Positions 7,684-16,917 are shown, counted from the first letter of the stretch. The stretch: DNA of 49,870 nucleotides from a virus (IMGVR_UViG_3300025133_000167:1-49870); one strand, 5' to 3'. Numbers and translations: made by a program. Notes: generated by a model from the sequence alone, not told the origin.

Positions 7684-10149
7684 ATGAAACCAGACTGCCA
7701 TCTATGTCCGCTCCATTCTTACTGGGCGGAACGAGGAGAATTCTCTCCAGTTCGTTCTGTCTTAATAGATAAGTGCGACACATTAGTTATAGGTGACTTT
7801 CCTTCTAAACAAAGCGTCACCTATAACCTACCTATCAGTGGGGCTGCTGGGGCAGAATTGTTAAATAATCTGGGGCTTGCTGAAATTTATGGACAACAAC
7901 TTTATTCTTTTACAAATGTTATTGCTTGTCGGTATCCAAATGATAAGCCTAAAGAATTCTTAGCTCGGCTAAAGAAAACTAATCGAAAACGTATCCGACA
8001 AAAAGAGCCCCCGTTAGCTCTCCCTAGTAAGTGCTGTAAACCAAGGCTACAGGCTGAATTAGCTACCCATACAAAGCTGATCCCATTAGGCTCGGAAGCA
8101 GCAAAGGCAGTTCTGCCAGGGAACCCTAGCCTGTCAAGTGTAAGAGGGGGGCCGGTTACAGTCGGTCAATGGTCTATCCTCCCTACGTTCCATCCTCGGG
8201 ATGTGTTGTTTACTCCTTTATGGAAAGCTACGTTTAAATCTGACTTACAGAAAGCACGGCGCTTCTTTAAAGGACGCTTACAGTGGGAAGACCCTACCAT
8301 CTATTATGCACCTTCCCCCAAGGTTCTTAGTGCTTTCTTTCAACGGATGTTGAAGGCTCCTCTTAAACAGAGAGTGATCACCTACGATGTCGAAACAGAC
8401 AGCATAGAGCCTTTGACTGCAGCCCTACGATGTATCGGGCTCGGAACACCAGAGGAGGTCTACATGGTGCCGTTCCTCTCCGTAGACGGCGAGACAGAGT
8501 TCTACTCGGGGGAAGACCGGATCGAGCTTGTTGGAATTTTGAGGGACTTTTTTACTAATCCTAACCTGCTCAAGACCGGACACAACGCCGGTTACTATGA
8601 TCGGATTGTAATCGAACAACATCTTGGGGTAACTCCTAAGCCTTTGTTAGATACTATCCTACTCCATAAGTTAGCTCGCTCTGAATTCCCTCACGGATTA
8701 GGTTACATTGGATCGGTGGAAACGGATGTACCAGCATGGAAATCGGAACATACTGCTACTACAGCTAACACAGATAAAATCTTACATGACTATTGTGCAA
8801 CCGATGTAGCAGTCACCCACCGTCTTATCCAACCATTGACCCGGCAAGCTAAAGAACGTAGTCAGTTACATCTGTATGGGATAGACGCACGCCTGCAAGG
8901 TCTTTGTGCAGGGATGCATCGGATAGGCATTCGTATCGATGAAGGCAAACGTATTAAGTATGAGAAGGAATTAGAATCCGATCGACTAAAATGGTTGGCG
9001 ACCTTTCAATCTGTCGTGGGTAACTTAAATCCAAACTCACATGATCAGATTAGGCAACTGCTGTTTGACCAGTGGGGCCTTCCCGCACATGACTTCACGT
9101 CATCAGGAGAACCCAGCACAAACGCAGCTACGTTGAGGTTTCTCTTAGGGAACTCTTCACTGGAACCCGACCAACTAGAAGCCATTGAATCACTTAGGCA
9201 GTACCGTAAAGCTGCCAAACTACTTGGCACCTACATAAACAAACTCGCCCCAGGCATGGGGATTGTTGATAGTGAAGGGTTTATCTACCCCGACTACAAC
9301 GCCCACGGAACAATCTCGGGACGGTTCAGTAGCTCTAACCCAAACTTCCAAAACATTCCATTCCATTTGCGAGATATGTTTGTACCTGCACCGGGTAAGG
9401 TTTTTGTGGGGGCAGACTTTGACCAGCTAGAACTTAGGTTTGCTGCAGCCTTATCAGGAGCCACTGGATACTTAGGTGTGTTTAGGCGTAACGATGTAGA
9501 CCCCCACAACCTTACTGGGGAAATGATGTTTGGCTCTACCTTTTGGTTAGCTAACGGAGCCCCTAAAGATAGAAGAGAAAAAGGCACAGGAAACTTTAAA
9601 AAGTTGAGAGACTTAGCTAAAACAATTTGTTTCGCTTCCCTCTATGGGGCTGCTCCACCTAAGATTCATGAGATCTTAATGCGAGCCGAAGATCAGAATG
9701 GGAGACTCCTTTATTCCCAGTACTCTATCCGTGATGTACGTGCGCTTCATCGACGTTGGCTGAAGGCGAGTCCTCAATTTGAAACTTGGTGGGACCGAGA
9801 GCTAGATCATTGGCGGACGAATGGCTATGCAGAAGAGCCTGTTAGTGGCAGGCGTCGTTACTTTTATGAAGAGGACTTTAACGCAATCGTTAATTTCCCT
9901 GTCCAAGCTGGAAGCTTTGCTATCGTAGCTCAAGGAATGCTAGAGATGATAAAGCAACTGCCCTTTAATTTCAACCGCCGAGAAGGTTTAGTGAATCAAC
10001 TTCACGACGCTGTTTTGGTACAAGTAGAAGAAGCAAAAGCACAAACCGCCTGCGAGATAATTACGGACTGCTTAACCCGTAAAGTACCAGACTTACCTGT
10101 TACTTTCACGGCTGATGCACATGTAGGATATTCGTGGGCTCAAGTATAA
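7684..10149 (+). CDS. polA: Family A DNA polymerase with N-terminal uracil-DNA glycosylase-like domain and 3'-5' exonuclease
   Basis: UDG family 4-like CHLCPL, GDFP, TNVIACR, PTFHP; Exo I DVET, Exo II HNAGYYD, Exo III YCATD; GRFSSSNPNFQNIP; motif A DFDQLELR, B KTICFASLYG, C HDA. Confidence 0.95.
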   Translation: MKPDCHLCPLHSYWAERGEFSPVRSVLIDKCDTLVIGDFPSKQSVTYNLPISGAAGAELLNNLGLAEIYGQQLYSFTNVIACRYPNDKPKEFLARLKKTNRKRIRQKEPPLALPSKCCKPRLQAELATHTKLIPLGSEAAKAVLPGNPSLSSVRGGPVTVGQWSILPTFHPRDVLFTPLWKATFKSDLQKARRFFKGRLQWEDPTIYYAPSPKVLSAFFQRMLKAPLKQRVITYDVETDSIEPLTAALRCIGLGTPEEVYMVPFLSVDGETEFYSGEDRIELVGILRDFFTNPNLLKTGHNAGYYDRIVIEQHLGVTPKPLLDTILLHKLARSEFPHGLGYIGSVETDVPAWKSEHTATTANTDKILHDYCATDVAVTHRLIQPLTRQAKERSQLHLYGIDARLQGLCAGMHRIGIRIDEGKRIKYEKELESDRLKWLATFQSVVGNLNPNSHDQIRQLLFDQWGLPAHDFTSSGEPSTNAATLRFLLGNSSLEPDQLEAIESLRQYRKAAKLLGTYINKLAPGMGIVDSEGFIYPDYNAHGTISGRFSSSNPNFQNIPFHLRDMFVPAPGKVFVGADFDQLELRFAAALSGATGYLGVFRRNDVDPHNLTGEMMFGSTFWLANGAPKDRREKGTGNFKKLRDLAKTICFASLYGAAPPKIHEILMRAEDQNGRLLYSQYSIRDVRALHRRWLKASPQFETWWDRELDHWRTNGYAEEPVSGRRRYFYEEDFNAIVNFPVQAGSFAIVAQGMLEMIKQLPFNFNRREGLVNQLHDAVLVQVEEAKAQTACEIITDCLTRKVPDLPVTFTADAHVGYSWAQV

Positions 10150-10158
10150 GGATAGATC

Positions 10159-11505
10159 ATGCTCTATATTACTGACATTCAAACAAACATTAAATTCCCT
10201 GGAAGCGTTTGTCTTTCAGAGCTTACTCCCCATATCTTTCTATCAGGCCCAAACGGGTCAGGGAAGACTGCTTTATTAAATGCTGTAGAGTTAGCTTTGA
10301 TTGGGGAAGTGCGTGACGTAGGTGGACGTGACCGTGCTAAGTCTAGCACCTTGTTAGCCGATCTTCTTCATCCTAGTGAGGAAACTCTGTTTGCTGTAGT
10401 CTCGCTTAACGATGGGCGTAAAGCGACTTGGGTAATGGAACGAGGGAAGCGTCCAGTCCACACGCCTCTTGATGGAAACGTACACTTCCTTATGCCGGAA
10501 GTTATGAATGCTCTCAAGGGTAGCAAGGCTGTGACTGCACGTTTTCTAATCAAATACTTCGGTGCAGACGTAGGTTTTGATGAGATTAACTATGGTGCTT
10601 TCGCTGACCTGCAGATTGGTACATCGAAACGTCGAGCTACCTTTGCCCCTCATGAACGTTTGCTCGCTATTGAAGAGGCTTCACGCAAAGCTGCAACTGC
10701 ACATACTACCGAAGCACGAGCTTTAAAGGTCGCCCTAGAAAAACTAGGGGGGACATCAGAGAAATTTGCAGAGCATTCCGAGAAGGTAGTTATTGCTAAT
10801 GCAATTAAACAACTCCTTACTTTCCAAGTGGCCAATGACTTAGATACTTGTGGAGTGTGTGGTACACCTGACATTCCTCTTACCCTACTTGGCGGACGTT
10901 TAGCTCAAGTACAGCAACTACTAAATAGTTTAGGTGGAGGGGATACTTCAGATAAGATTCGTATTCTACAGACTGCTTATGAAGAAGCTTCTACACAAGC
11001 AGCTTCATGCAAAGCCATTTCAACTAACTGTATGGAAGCTATGTATAAGTTAGTGGCAAAGCTAACTCCACGTATCCTTTTAAATATTAGTGAATGCTTA
11101 CCTCTTGATTATGAAGAGGCAGGATTACGTATTTCAAAAAGCACCATCGCTATAGGTTTACAAGATAAAGATACAGAATTTATGCGTACTCACATTAGTG
11201 GTGCAGAATTTGTAACGTTATGTGCAGCTATTGGAGCAGCTATTGCTAAATTACTCCCCGTCCGAGACTTAGCAGTACTCACTCTCCCTGACCGAGCATT
11301 AGATCTTTCCCACTTAAAGGGGCTTCTCGTCTCTCTGAAAGCGATCCCTGCAGTCACCATCATCCAAAGCCCCTTCCAACCTCGTGGACGACCTGCAGCG
11401 GGTTGGACACGTATCCTGCTGGACAACGATGGGACTCTCGCTGTGCATGGCGCAGCGGTAAAGGGGATCAGTTCAGGTACGGGTTGTATCTATTTAAATA
11501 CTTAG
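10159..11505 (+). CDS. Rad50/SbcC-like ABC ATPase with short coiled coil
   Basis: Walker A GPNGSGKT, central CGVC hook-like motif flanked by helical segments, signature-like ISGAE, degenerate Walker B/D-loop LTLPDRALD. Confidence 0.65.
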   Translation: MLYITDIQTNIKFPGSVCLSELTPHIFLSGPNGSGKTALLNAVELALIGEVRDVGGRDRAKSSTLLADLLHPSEETLFAVVSLNDGRKATWVMERGKRPVHTPLDGNVHFLMPEVMNALKGSKAVTARFLIKYFGADVGFDEINYGAFADLQIGTSKRRATFAPHERLLAIEEASRKAATAHTTEARALKVALEKLGGTSEKFAEHSEKVVIANAIKQLLTFQVANDLDTCGVCGTPDIPLTLLGGRLAQVQQLLNSLGGGDTSDKIRILQTAYEEASTQAASCKAISTNCMEAMYKLVAKLTPRILLNISECLPLDYEEAGLRISKSTIAIGLQDKDTEFMRTHISGAEFVTLCAAIGAAIAKLLPVRDLAVLTLPDRALDLSHLKGLLVSLKAIPAVTIIQSPFQPRGRPAAGWTRILLDNDGTLAVHGAAVKGISSGTGCIYLNT

Positions 11506-11762
11506 CCTTCAGGAAGCTCCTCGGGGTCTTCCTTCGGCTCCTCCTTTGGCTCCTCCTGTGGAGCTTCCAGTTTAATAATCTCTAAGCTAGGTTCAGCCTC
11601 CTCTACTACGCAAGTAGAGAACTCAATAGTAAAACCATCGCCTGCGTACATGACTCCACCAAGGGCGGCGATAGCTCCAGCGATAAGCAGCTTAGGGTTC
11701 TTCAATGTGTCTAAGCTAAGCTTGGATACGTCTAGTGGACCTTCTTCTGTATCTTTCCCCAT
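11502..11762 (-). CDS. Small membrane protein with acidic tail (possibly lysis-associated)
   Basis: Hydrophobic LLIAGAIAALGGVMYAG segment; EEPK repeats; last gene of the - strand unit. Confidence 0.6.
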   Translation of the reverse strand: MGKDTEEGPLDVSKLSLDTLKNPKLLIAGAIAALGGVMYAGDGFTIEFSTCVVEEAEPSLEIIKLEAPQEEPKEEPKEDPEELPEG

Positions 11763-11902
11763 TACGACTCCTTCTTCTTGTAACCACCGTCAGGGCCTAT
11801 TCGCCCTTCCCGCTTCATATTAAGCGCAATAGCTACAGCTTGTTTTTGTTTATACCCTTCTTTAATTAACTTCTTTACTTTCTTCTGGGTTTTGTCAGGC
11901 AT
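11762..11902 (-). CDS. Small basic protein with KQAVAIAL motif (46 aa), not in the ORF track
   Basis: MPDKTQKKVKKLIKEGYKQKQAVAIALNMKREGRIGPDGGYKKKES*; fills the gap exactly, with a TAATG overlap to the next gene. Confidence 0.75.
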   Translation of the reverse strand: MPDKTQKKVKKLIKEGYKQKQAVAIALNMKREGRIGPDGGYKKKES

Positions 11903-11904
11903 CT

Positions 11905-12321
11905 TTATTCACTAGAAGATTTAAGTGCTGCAGGGATAGGTGTCCCAACCATTTCTGCGACCTGTTGAATATCCGCTACTCTTGTCCCTAACAACGCTGC
12001 AAGAATACCTAAAATAATAATAATCGTTTGTGGATTCACTAAGCTTTTTATCCACTGTCGGTGAGCGATTTTCGCTTCTTCTTCAATCTCTTCTCTACGA
12101 ATGCGGTAGTCCCTCGCGTCCTTCTCGCGCTCCTCTAAAAGATCCATCATACGGATCTGTTGCGTGGAAAGGATACCGTGCCTTTCCTCTGCCTTATCCG
12201 CGTGGTGGTCAAGGACTAATCCGATCTTTGAGACATCCAATTTTAGAGTAGCCACATCACCCTCCAATGTTTGGATGCGTCTTCCGTGCTGGTCAAGTCT
12301 GTCGTCTAAATCCCCACTCAT
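11905..12321 (-). CDS. Coiled-coil protein with C-terminal TM helix, holin-like candidate
   Basis: Heptad N-terminus, IIIILGILAALLG segment, adjacent to the putative endolysin. Confidence 0.55.
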   Translation of the reverse strand: MSGDLDDRLDQHGRRIQTLEGDVATLKLDVSKIGLVLDHHADKAEERHGILSTQQIRMMDLLEEREKDARDYRIRREEIEEEAKIAHRQWIKSLVNPQTIIIILGILAALLGTRVADIQQVAEMVGTPIPAALKSSSE

Positions 12322-12902
12322 AACTCGTTGCCTTCTAATAGAGTATACGTGAAATTGTCACCGAAGTGCGAGCAGGACCTACCTACAATCGCCAACAATT
12401 CAGCAAAGTCATGGGGGCTAGCCAATACCTGGCACCCTGCGCTCCACCTTCCTACCTCGTTTGAAGTTGTTGTAGCACTCGCTCTGTGAATATTAATCCC
12501 ATAAAGACCTGAAGAAGTATTGCCTTCCCAGTCTAAGACTTCATCTTTGTTGTTGTCGCGCCAAACTTGAATAGGTTTAGCTTGGACAATCGCCTCATAC
12601 CCTCGGTGTAGTCCAAGGGCATAGGCTCCTCGGTATTGACCCGGTACTACAATCGCAGTCCCGTTTATGTTTAGGGGCTGCTCTCGGTAATAAAGACCAG
12701 GATCTGTAGTGCAAGGCCAACGACGAAACGTCCAGTGACCATAAGCGTCACACCAAGTACACGTCATCCAATCATTAAAGGTGTTGGACATTGGGTCAGG
12801 GTGACGTACCCCTACAAGGTTAATAGATTCAGGACGGCAAAACCAGGCATAACTCTTCTTTACCATCGTTTCTTGGATATTGTCAAGAGTAGGAAGGTTC
12901 AT
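12318..12902 (-). CDS. Putative endolysin with L,D-transpeptidase (YkuD)-like catalytic motif
   Basis: GINIH...WSAGCQ His/Cys motif; TTDPG and PGQY blocks; next to a membrane protein gene. Confidence 0.65.
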   Translation of the reverse strand: MNLPTLDNIQETMVKKSYAWFCRPESINLVGVRHPDPMSNTFNDWMTCTWCDAYGHWTFRRWPCTTDPGLYYREQPLNINGTAIVVPGQYRGAYALGLHRGYEAIVQAKPIQVWRDNNKDEVLDWEGNTSSGLYGINIHRASATTTSNEVGRWSAGCQVLASPHDFAELLAIVGRSCSHFGDNFTYTLLEGNEL

Positions 12903-13162
12903 GTTTTTCTCGCCCTGTTCTTACTTTGAGGTTCAAACCCTTCTATCTTCCCCCCACGTATCTTCCCGTGAGAGGCGTCTTGCTTATCTCGATTCCCGTG
13001 TGTCCCTTTCTTTCTATTATAAGCTTGGAGTTTTGCTCTCTTATCCTTAGCTTCTTCGGACGCACCATACTTCTGATATTCTTCTGTATAATTACGTGGC
13101 TTCTTTAGCCTCTTTTTAACTGCTGAAGCTTTAGCCTCTTTTTTCCTACCATAAAGCGACAT
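12899..13162 (-). CDS. Small basic protein, degenerate HNH-like
   Basis: RNYTEEY...KRA...DKQDASH...SKNRAR resembles small phage HNH-type proteins. Confidence 0.5.
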   Translation of the reverse strand: MSLYGRKKEAKASAVKKRLKKPRNYTEEYQKYGASEEAKDKRAKLQAYNRKKGTHGNRDKQDASHGKIRGGKIEGFEPQSKNRARKT

Positions 13163-13164
13163 AC

Positions 13165-13551
13165 TTACTCACTAAGTAATTTGCCGCTCTTTTCCAATTC
13201 GTCGTAAACTCGTTGGACCAGCGGGTGTAAGGTGCTCCGTGCCACAGCTTGAAGAAGCACTCCATCGAGAGCTTCGAGAGGGAGACTTAGCCACGGGGGA
13301 AGGCCAGTCCATCTTAGAAACTTATCGGCTTCTTGAGCTAGCTCCTCGATAACCTCTTTCATTTTCTCTTCACCGGGTATCGCATCGGAGACAAGCTCTA
13401 GGATTAGATCTTCTGCGAGAGACTCAAGTACATCCAGCTTGATCCCCAGGAAGGGACCGCGCTCTTCCTTACGCTCTGCCCTACGTTCTGCACGCAAAGC
13501 TTTTTTCTCGTCCTTGTTTAGTGTCTTGCGCTCGTCTTTAGTCAAAAGCAT
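13165..13551 (-). CDS. Hypothetical helical protein with N-terminal arginine-rich motif
   Basis: 128 aa ORF, coupled start; KKALRAERRAERKEER near the N-terminus. Confidence 0.7.
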   Translation of the reverse strand: MLLTKDERKTLNKDEKKALRAERRAERKEERGPFLGIKLDVLESLAEDLILELVSDAIPGEEKMKEVIEELAQEADKFLRWTGLPPWLSLPLEALDGVLLQAVARSTLHPLVQRVYDELEKSGKLLSE

Positions 13552-14162
13552 CAGCTAACCTTTATGCATACACGGGGCATAACATAACCATTGTTACGCA
13601 CTGCCCCACCCGGAAGAGGATTAAGGGTTTGAGGTAAGCCAAATGCGATGCCGGTGATCTCCCATCCGAATTGCTTTATGGTATTCCCCCCTCCATCTGC
13701 AGTCTGGTTCCCAATCGTGGGGAAGCCTTCTTCGGGTCCTGCACCGCTAGTCCCTTGCCAGCCTGCTACTTCTACATTTGCATCAAAGGCGAAGGCAAGC
13801 CAGTACACCCCAGGAGAAAGCGTGATAGGAGAGAGGAAAGGGGACTCATTCGCCCCCGTAGCTGCCACAGTAATTTGTGGGGCAGCGTGGATCAAGCGAC
13901 TTGGAAGGCCATTGTCACTCGTATAAATCCCCATCAAAAGGTTTGCCCCTAGTGTGCTGGTTACATCACACGCGAGCCCACTGAAGGAACGGGGGGTGTC
14001 CGCCCACTGTTGAAAAGGGATTAAAACCATCCCCTCTACATCCCCACCACCCCCAGGGAAACAATCAATGCCAACGATAGGATCGTAGATACCTAAAGTT
14101 TGAGAGTCGTAGTACCGCTCGGTAAGAAAAGGTAAACCAGTAGTCGGAGGCCATGTCTGCAT
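13551..14162 (-). CDS. Putative virion beta-sandwich protein, paralog of 14165..14821
   Basis: End-to-end similarity with its neighbour (MQxWPP, RYYDS, PSRLxH, TLxPGxYW, EGF, PRxxxxV). Confidence 0.65.
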   Translation of the reverse strand: MQTWPPTTGLPFLTERYYDSQTLGIYDPIVGIDCFPGGGGDVEGMVLIPFQQWADTPRSFSGLACDVTSTLGANLLMGIYTSDNGLPSRLIHAAPQITVAATGANESPFLSPITLSPGVYWLAFAFDANVEVAGWQGTSGAGPEEGFPTIGNQTADGGGNTIKQFGWEITGIAFGLPQTLNPLPGGAVRNNGYVMPRVCIKVS

Positions 14163-14164
14163 AA

Positions 14165-14821
14165 TTAAAGTACCCTTAAAACAATACGTGGGACCTGATC
14201 CTCTAACTCTAAGGCAGTCCCAGCGGGGAGAATTTGTAGGGTATCAGGAAAAGTATTCCACATTAGAGGGAGAGTTAACTTTGTGACATTCCAGAAGAAA
14301 CGTTTGGTTACAGTCCCCCCACTAATCGGAGTGTTCATCCCTAACGTTGTGAACCCTTCAGTATGAGTCGTACCTGTCCCTTTTGCCCATCCGATACAGT
14401 TTATTCTTGTATTGGCTCCCCCATCAAACCAGATACCTATCCAATACAGCCCCGGTTTAAGTGTCACTGGCGTAGTAAAAGGCAGATCTACTATGCCGGT
14501 AAAGCCATTAGCGATAGTCACTACTTGAGTCGTGTGCAATAAGCGCGAAGGGGCTCCCCCTGAACTCTCATAAATCGCTACTTGAGCGTCAGCAGGAACC
14601 CCGCTAGTGTTTCGTTGGTCAATCCCAGCTTGAGTAAACGTGACTGATCCGTTTGTCCACTGGAAGAAAGGGGCAAACTGGAGGCCCTGTGTACTTGTTC
14701 CCACAGGGGGATTAGGGCGGTAGGTGTAAGCTGCTACAGTGTCGTAGCACCCGACCGTCATTGAGTCGTAATATCTACGTGTGAGCATGGGGCGCATTGA
14801 GTTTGGTGGCCAAGCCTGCAC
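14165..14821 (-). CDS. Putative virion beta-sandwich protein, paralog of 13551..14162
   Basis: GTG at 14821 after AGGAGA gives MQAWPP, matching the paralog's start. Confidence 0.65.
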   Translation of the reverse strand: MQAWPPNSMRPMLTRRYYDSMTVGCYDTVAAYTYRPNPPVGTSTQGLQFAPFFQWTNGSVTFTQAGIDQRNTSGVPADAQVAIYESSGGAPSRLLHTTQVVTIANGFTGIVDLPFTTPVTLKPGLYWIGIWFDGGANTRINCIGWAKGTGTTHTEGFTTLGMNTPISGGTVTKRFFWNVTKLTLPLMWNTFPDTLQILPAGTALELEDQVPRIVLRVL

Positions 14822-14829
14822 TGTTTCTC

Positions 14830-15288
14830 CTACAGTTGAACCTCGGTCCAAATATCAACGAGTATTGTGTGTGCCCCTCCAGCTACTGTAGTTAGTTGGA
14901 CTCCCACAGCGAGATTACTATCTATTCCTGCAGCAGCAGGAGGTAGCGGGGAGACACCATAATCAACTCCACCTTGAGCAGCAGGGCTGTCAGAGATAGA
15001 AGAGGTTGTAGCTGAAGCAACTAAGACTGTCCCAATGTTAGCATAGAAAACATCTTCATCTTTGGGCACGCCAGCAGTCATCGGAGAGAGGGACTTGTCA
15101 GCGACGTAAAGATCGATGATGCTCCCTGCTGGTCCACCTGTATCTAAGCGACATTTGACATGGCGGATCTCTCCACGAATACCAAAATTGAATAGAGGCA
15201 GAGGAGTCAACCATTGGGCTCCTACAGCAGCGTCCAAGGAAAAGATTACCTGTTGGTGCTGTTTGACTGCCTTGAGAAATTGAGCCAC
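14830..15288 (-). CDS. Hypothetical, probably virion-associated protein
   Basis: 152 aa, beta-rich composition, GGAGG RBS. Confidence 0.6.
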   Translation of the reverse strand: MAQFLKAVKQHQQVIFSLDAAVGAQWLTPLPLFNFGIRGEIRHVKCRLDTGGPAGSIIDLYVADKSLSPMTAGVPKDEDVFYANIGTVLVASATTSSISDSPAAQGGVDYGVSPLPPAAAGIDSNLAVGVQLTTVAGGAHTILVDIWTEVQL

Positions 15289-15297
15289 AGAAGCCTC

Positions 15298-15813
15298 CTA
15301 CAGTGGGGTCGTATCCGCCATAAGAATAGCACCATCGAGCTTTCCCACCCCTGAACTTGGTTGAAGCGTGCGGGCAATTGGACGAGGTACACCAGCGGCT
15401 CCTATTGCAGCCCCTGCCACACTATCTATACGAACAATTGCGCCTGCTCCACCTTGGGTCGCGCCTGACCCACCTACGAGCCATAGATCGCCTGTAGAGC
15501 CTGGATCACCCCCTACTACGCCTGCACCTGTATCCACACCACGGATGATCTTCCACGGCACAGCTACACCATAACCTTCAGCCGGGATAGCGTGTCGAGC
15601 AAGAAGAAGACGCCCGTGAGGGTTCTGTCGTCCTGGGGGTAAACTGCCGAATGCCACTGCGTCAGCTAGGCACACTCGTGCAGTAACTCCTGCAAGCCCG
15701 TTAAAAGCTAGGATACTATCTGTAGGAATAGCTTCCGATGCCATTATTCGTACACCTTCAGGATAGTTAAACTCTGCCCCGGCTTTTACCCATTTATTTT
15801 TTATGTTGCCCAC
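15298..15813 (-). CDS. Putative capsid decoration/fibre-like protein, paralog of 16136..16834
   Basis: Gly/Ala-rich; shares N-terminal IKxKxV...GV and A..(I/V)xAxxY..xPWK blocks. Confidence 0.55.
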   Translation of the reverse strand: MGNIKNKWVKAGAEFNYPEGVRIMASEAIPTDSILAFNGLAGVTARVCLADAVAFGSLPPGRQNPHGRLLLARHAIPAEGYGVAVPWKIIRGVDTGAGVVGGDPGSTGDLWLVGGSGATQGGAGAIVRIDSVAGAAIGAAGVPRPIARTLQPSSGVGKLDGAILMADTTPL

Positions 15814-15815
15814 AA

Positions 15816-16157
15816 CTATTCTCCTTCAAGATAAAGGGTTAAACACCCATTCACCCCAACAGCACTGGTGCGGTTGGCATTTGCAGTTTCATATTCAGCA
15901 ACAAACTCAACGTCGTCAGCACTTGGATCTGTTTCCAACCAGCTTTTCATTGAAGAGATTGTCTTTACAATATTGTCTAGGTCTAAAGCTTCCACAGGTA
16001 CGTCAGGCACATCAAGCACTGCAGGTGGGGGAGCAAGGGCTGGAGCCGTCTTCTTCGGCGCAGCTTTCCCTGTTGAATACTTCCAACAACCTCGCTCATC
16101 TTTTGTTTTAGTCAGCATCCTAGTAGCTCCTCCTCTTATTGGTTTCTCGTGCGCCAA
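15816..16157 (-). CDS. Hypothetical protein
   Basis: 113 aa; Pro/Ala linker and a small C-terminal helical domain (AEYETANANRTSAV). Confidence 0.6.
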   Translation of the reverse strand: MAHEKPIRGGATRMLTKTKDERGCWKYSTGKAAPKKTAPALAPPPAVLDVPDVPVEALDLDNIVKTISSMKSWLETDPSADDVEFVAEYETANANRTSAVGVNGCLTLYLEGE

Positions 16158-16834
16158 ACTGTATACTCCACATTATCCAATCCAGCAGCATCGGCGATGA
16201 CAGTCCACTCAAATTGAATTACTTTAGTTGTAGTACCAGTACTAACTGTGAGGATGGGAGCCTTAAAGGGGCCGTTTCCAGCTACGTCGTTAGTTACAAC
16301 ACAGCTAAGAATATCGCCAGCTATCCAGTCAAAAGCAATTTCATGGATGGTCGTCATCGCTGCAAGGGTCTTAAAAGTACCAGTGGTTACTTGGTAGAGA
16401 GAGTTTTCCCCAAATGTTTGGGTAGTCAGGTCCACTAACAAATGTGTCGAGTCGATTACTACCCCAATTATCTGCCCCGAAGTCTCTGCCGGGGGGGAGC
16501 CACTGCTCGCGGGGAAGCCATCAAGCTGACGGATAACAGCATCAGGATCGGGTGGCTGAGCCCCCATATCTGGAACAGTTACAACTTTCCAGGGAAGCCC
16601 GATTACGTACTCACCTGCTTTTACCGTGTTCTTCGCAATCCATCTGGGTCGTCTGTTCTTATATAAAGCGGGCTCTGCAAGCATATGGCCGAGCATTGTA
16701 GCTGAAGGAGAACCAGGGCCTCCTGTTTGTAAAAGCTGATTCTCTGCAATATCTGCCGTAGCTAAAAGTAACACCCCTTGTGCATGAGGGATAGTGTTAG
16801 CGGGCTGGACAGATTTAGACTTAATGATGGGCAT
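16136..16834 (-). CDS. Putative capsid decoration/fibre-like protein
   Basis: 232 aa; N-terminal half similar to 15298..15813; GGAG RBS. Confidence 0.55.
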   Translation of the reverse strand: MPIIKSKSVQPANTIPHAQGVLLLATADIAENQLLQTGGPGSPSATMLGHMLAEPALYKNRRPRWIAKNTVKAGEYVIGLPWKVVTVPDMGAQPPDPDAVIRQLDGFPASSGSPPAETSGQIIGVVIDSTHLLVDLTTQTFGENSLYQVTTGTFKTLAAMTTIHEIAFDWIAGDILSCVVTNDVAGNGPFKAPILTVSTGTTTKVIQFEWTVIADAAGLDNVEYTVWRTRNQ

Positions 16835-16854
16835 CTACTTTCTCCAAGAAGTCA

Positions 16855-16898
16855 CCACCCTATCTTCAGGGTGGGGTGCCTCGCTATCTTCAGCAAGG
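16855..16898 (-). promoter_or_regulatory. Tandem RNA hairpins with identical GAAGAU loops in a 5' leader (boxB-like)
   Basis: CCUUGCU-GAAGAU-AGCGAGG and CCACCCU-GAAGAU-AGGGUGG; stems differ but both pair, and a G-U wobble is possible only on the - strand. Confidence 0.65.
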
Positions 16899-16917
16899 GT
16901 TTGCCTTTTATGGGGCT

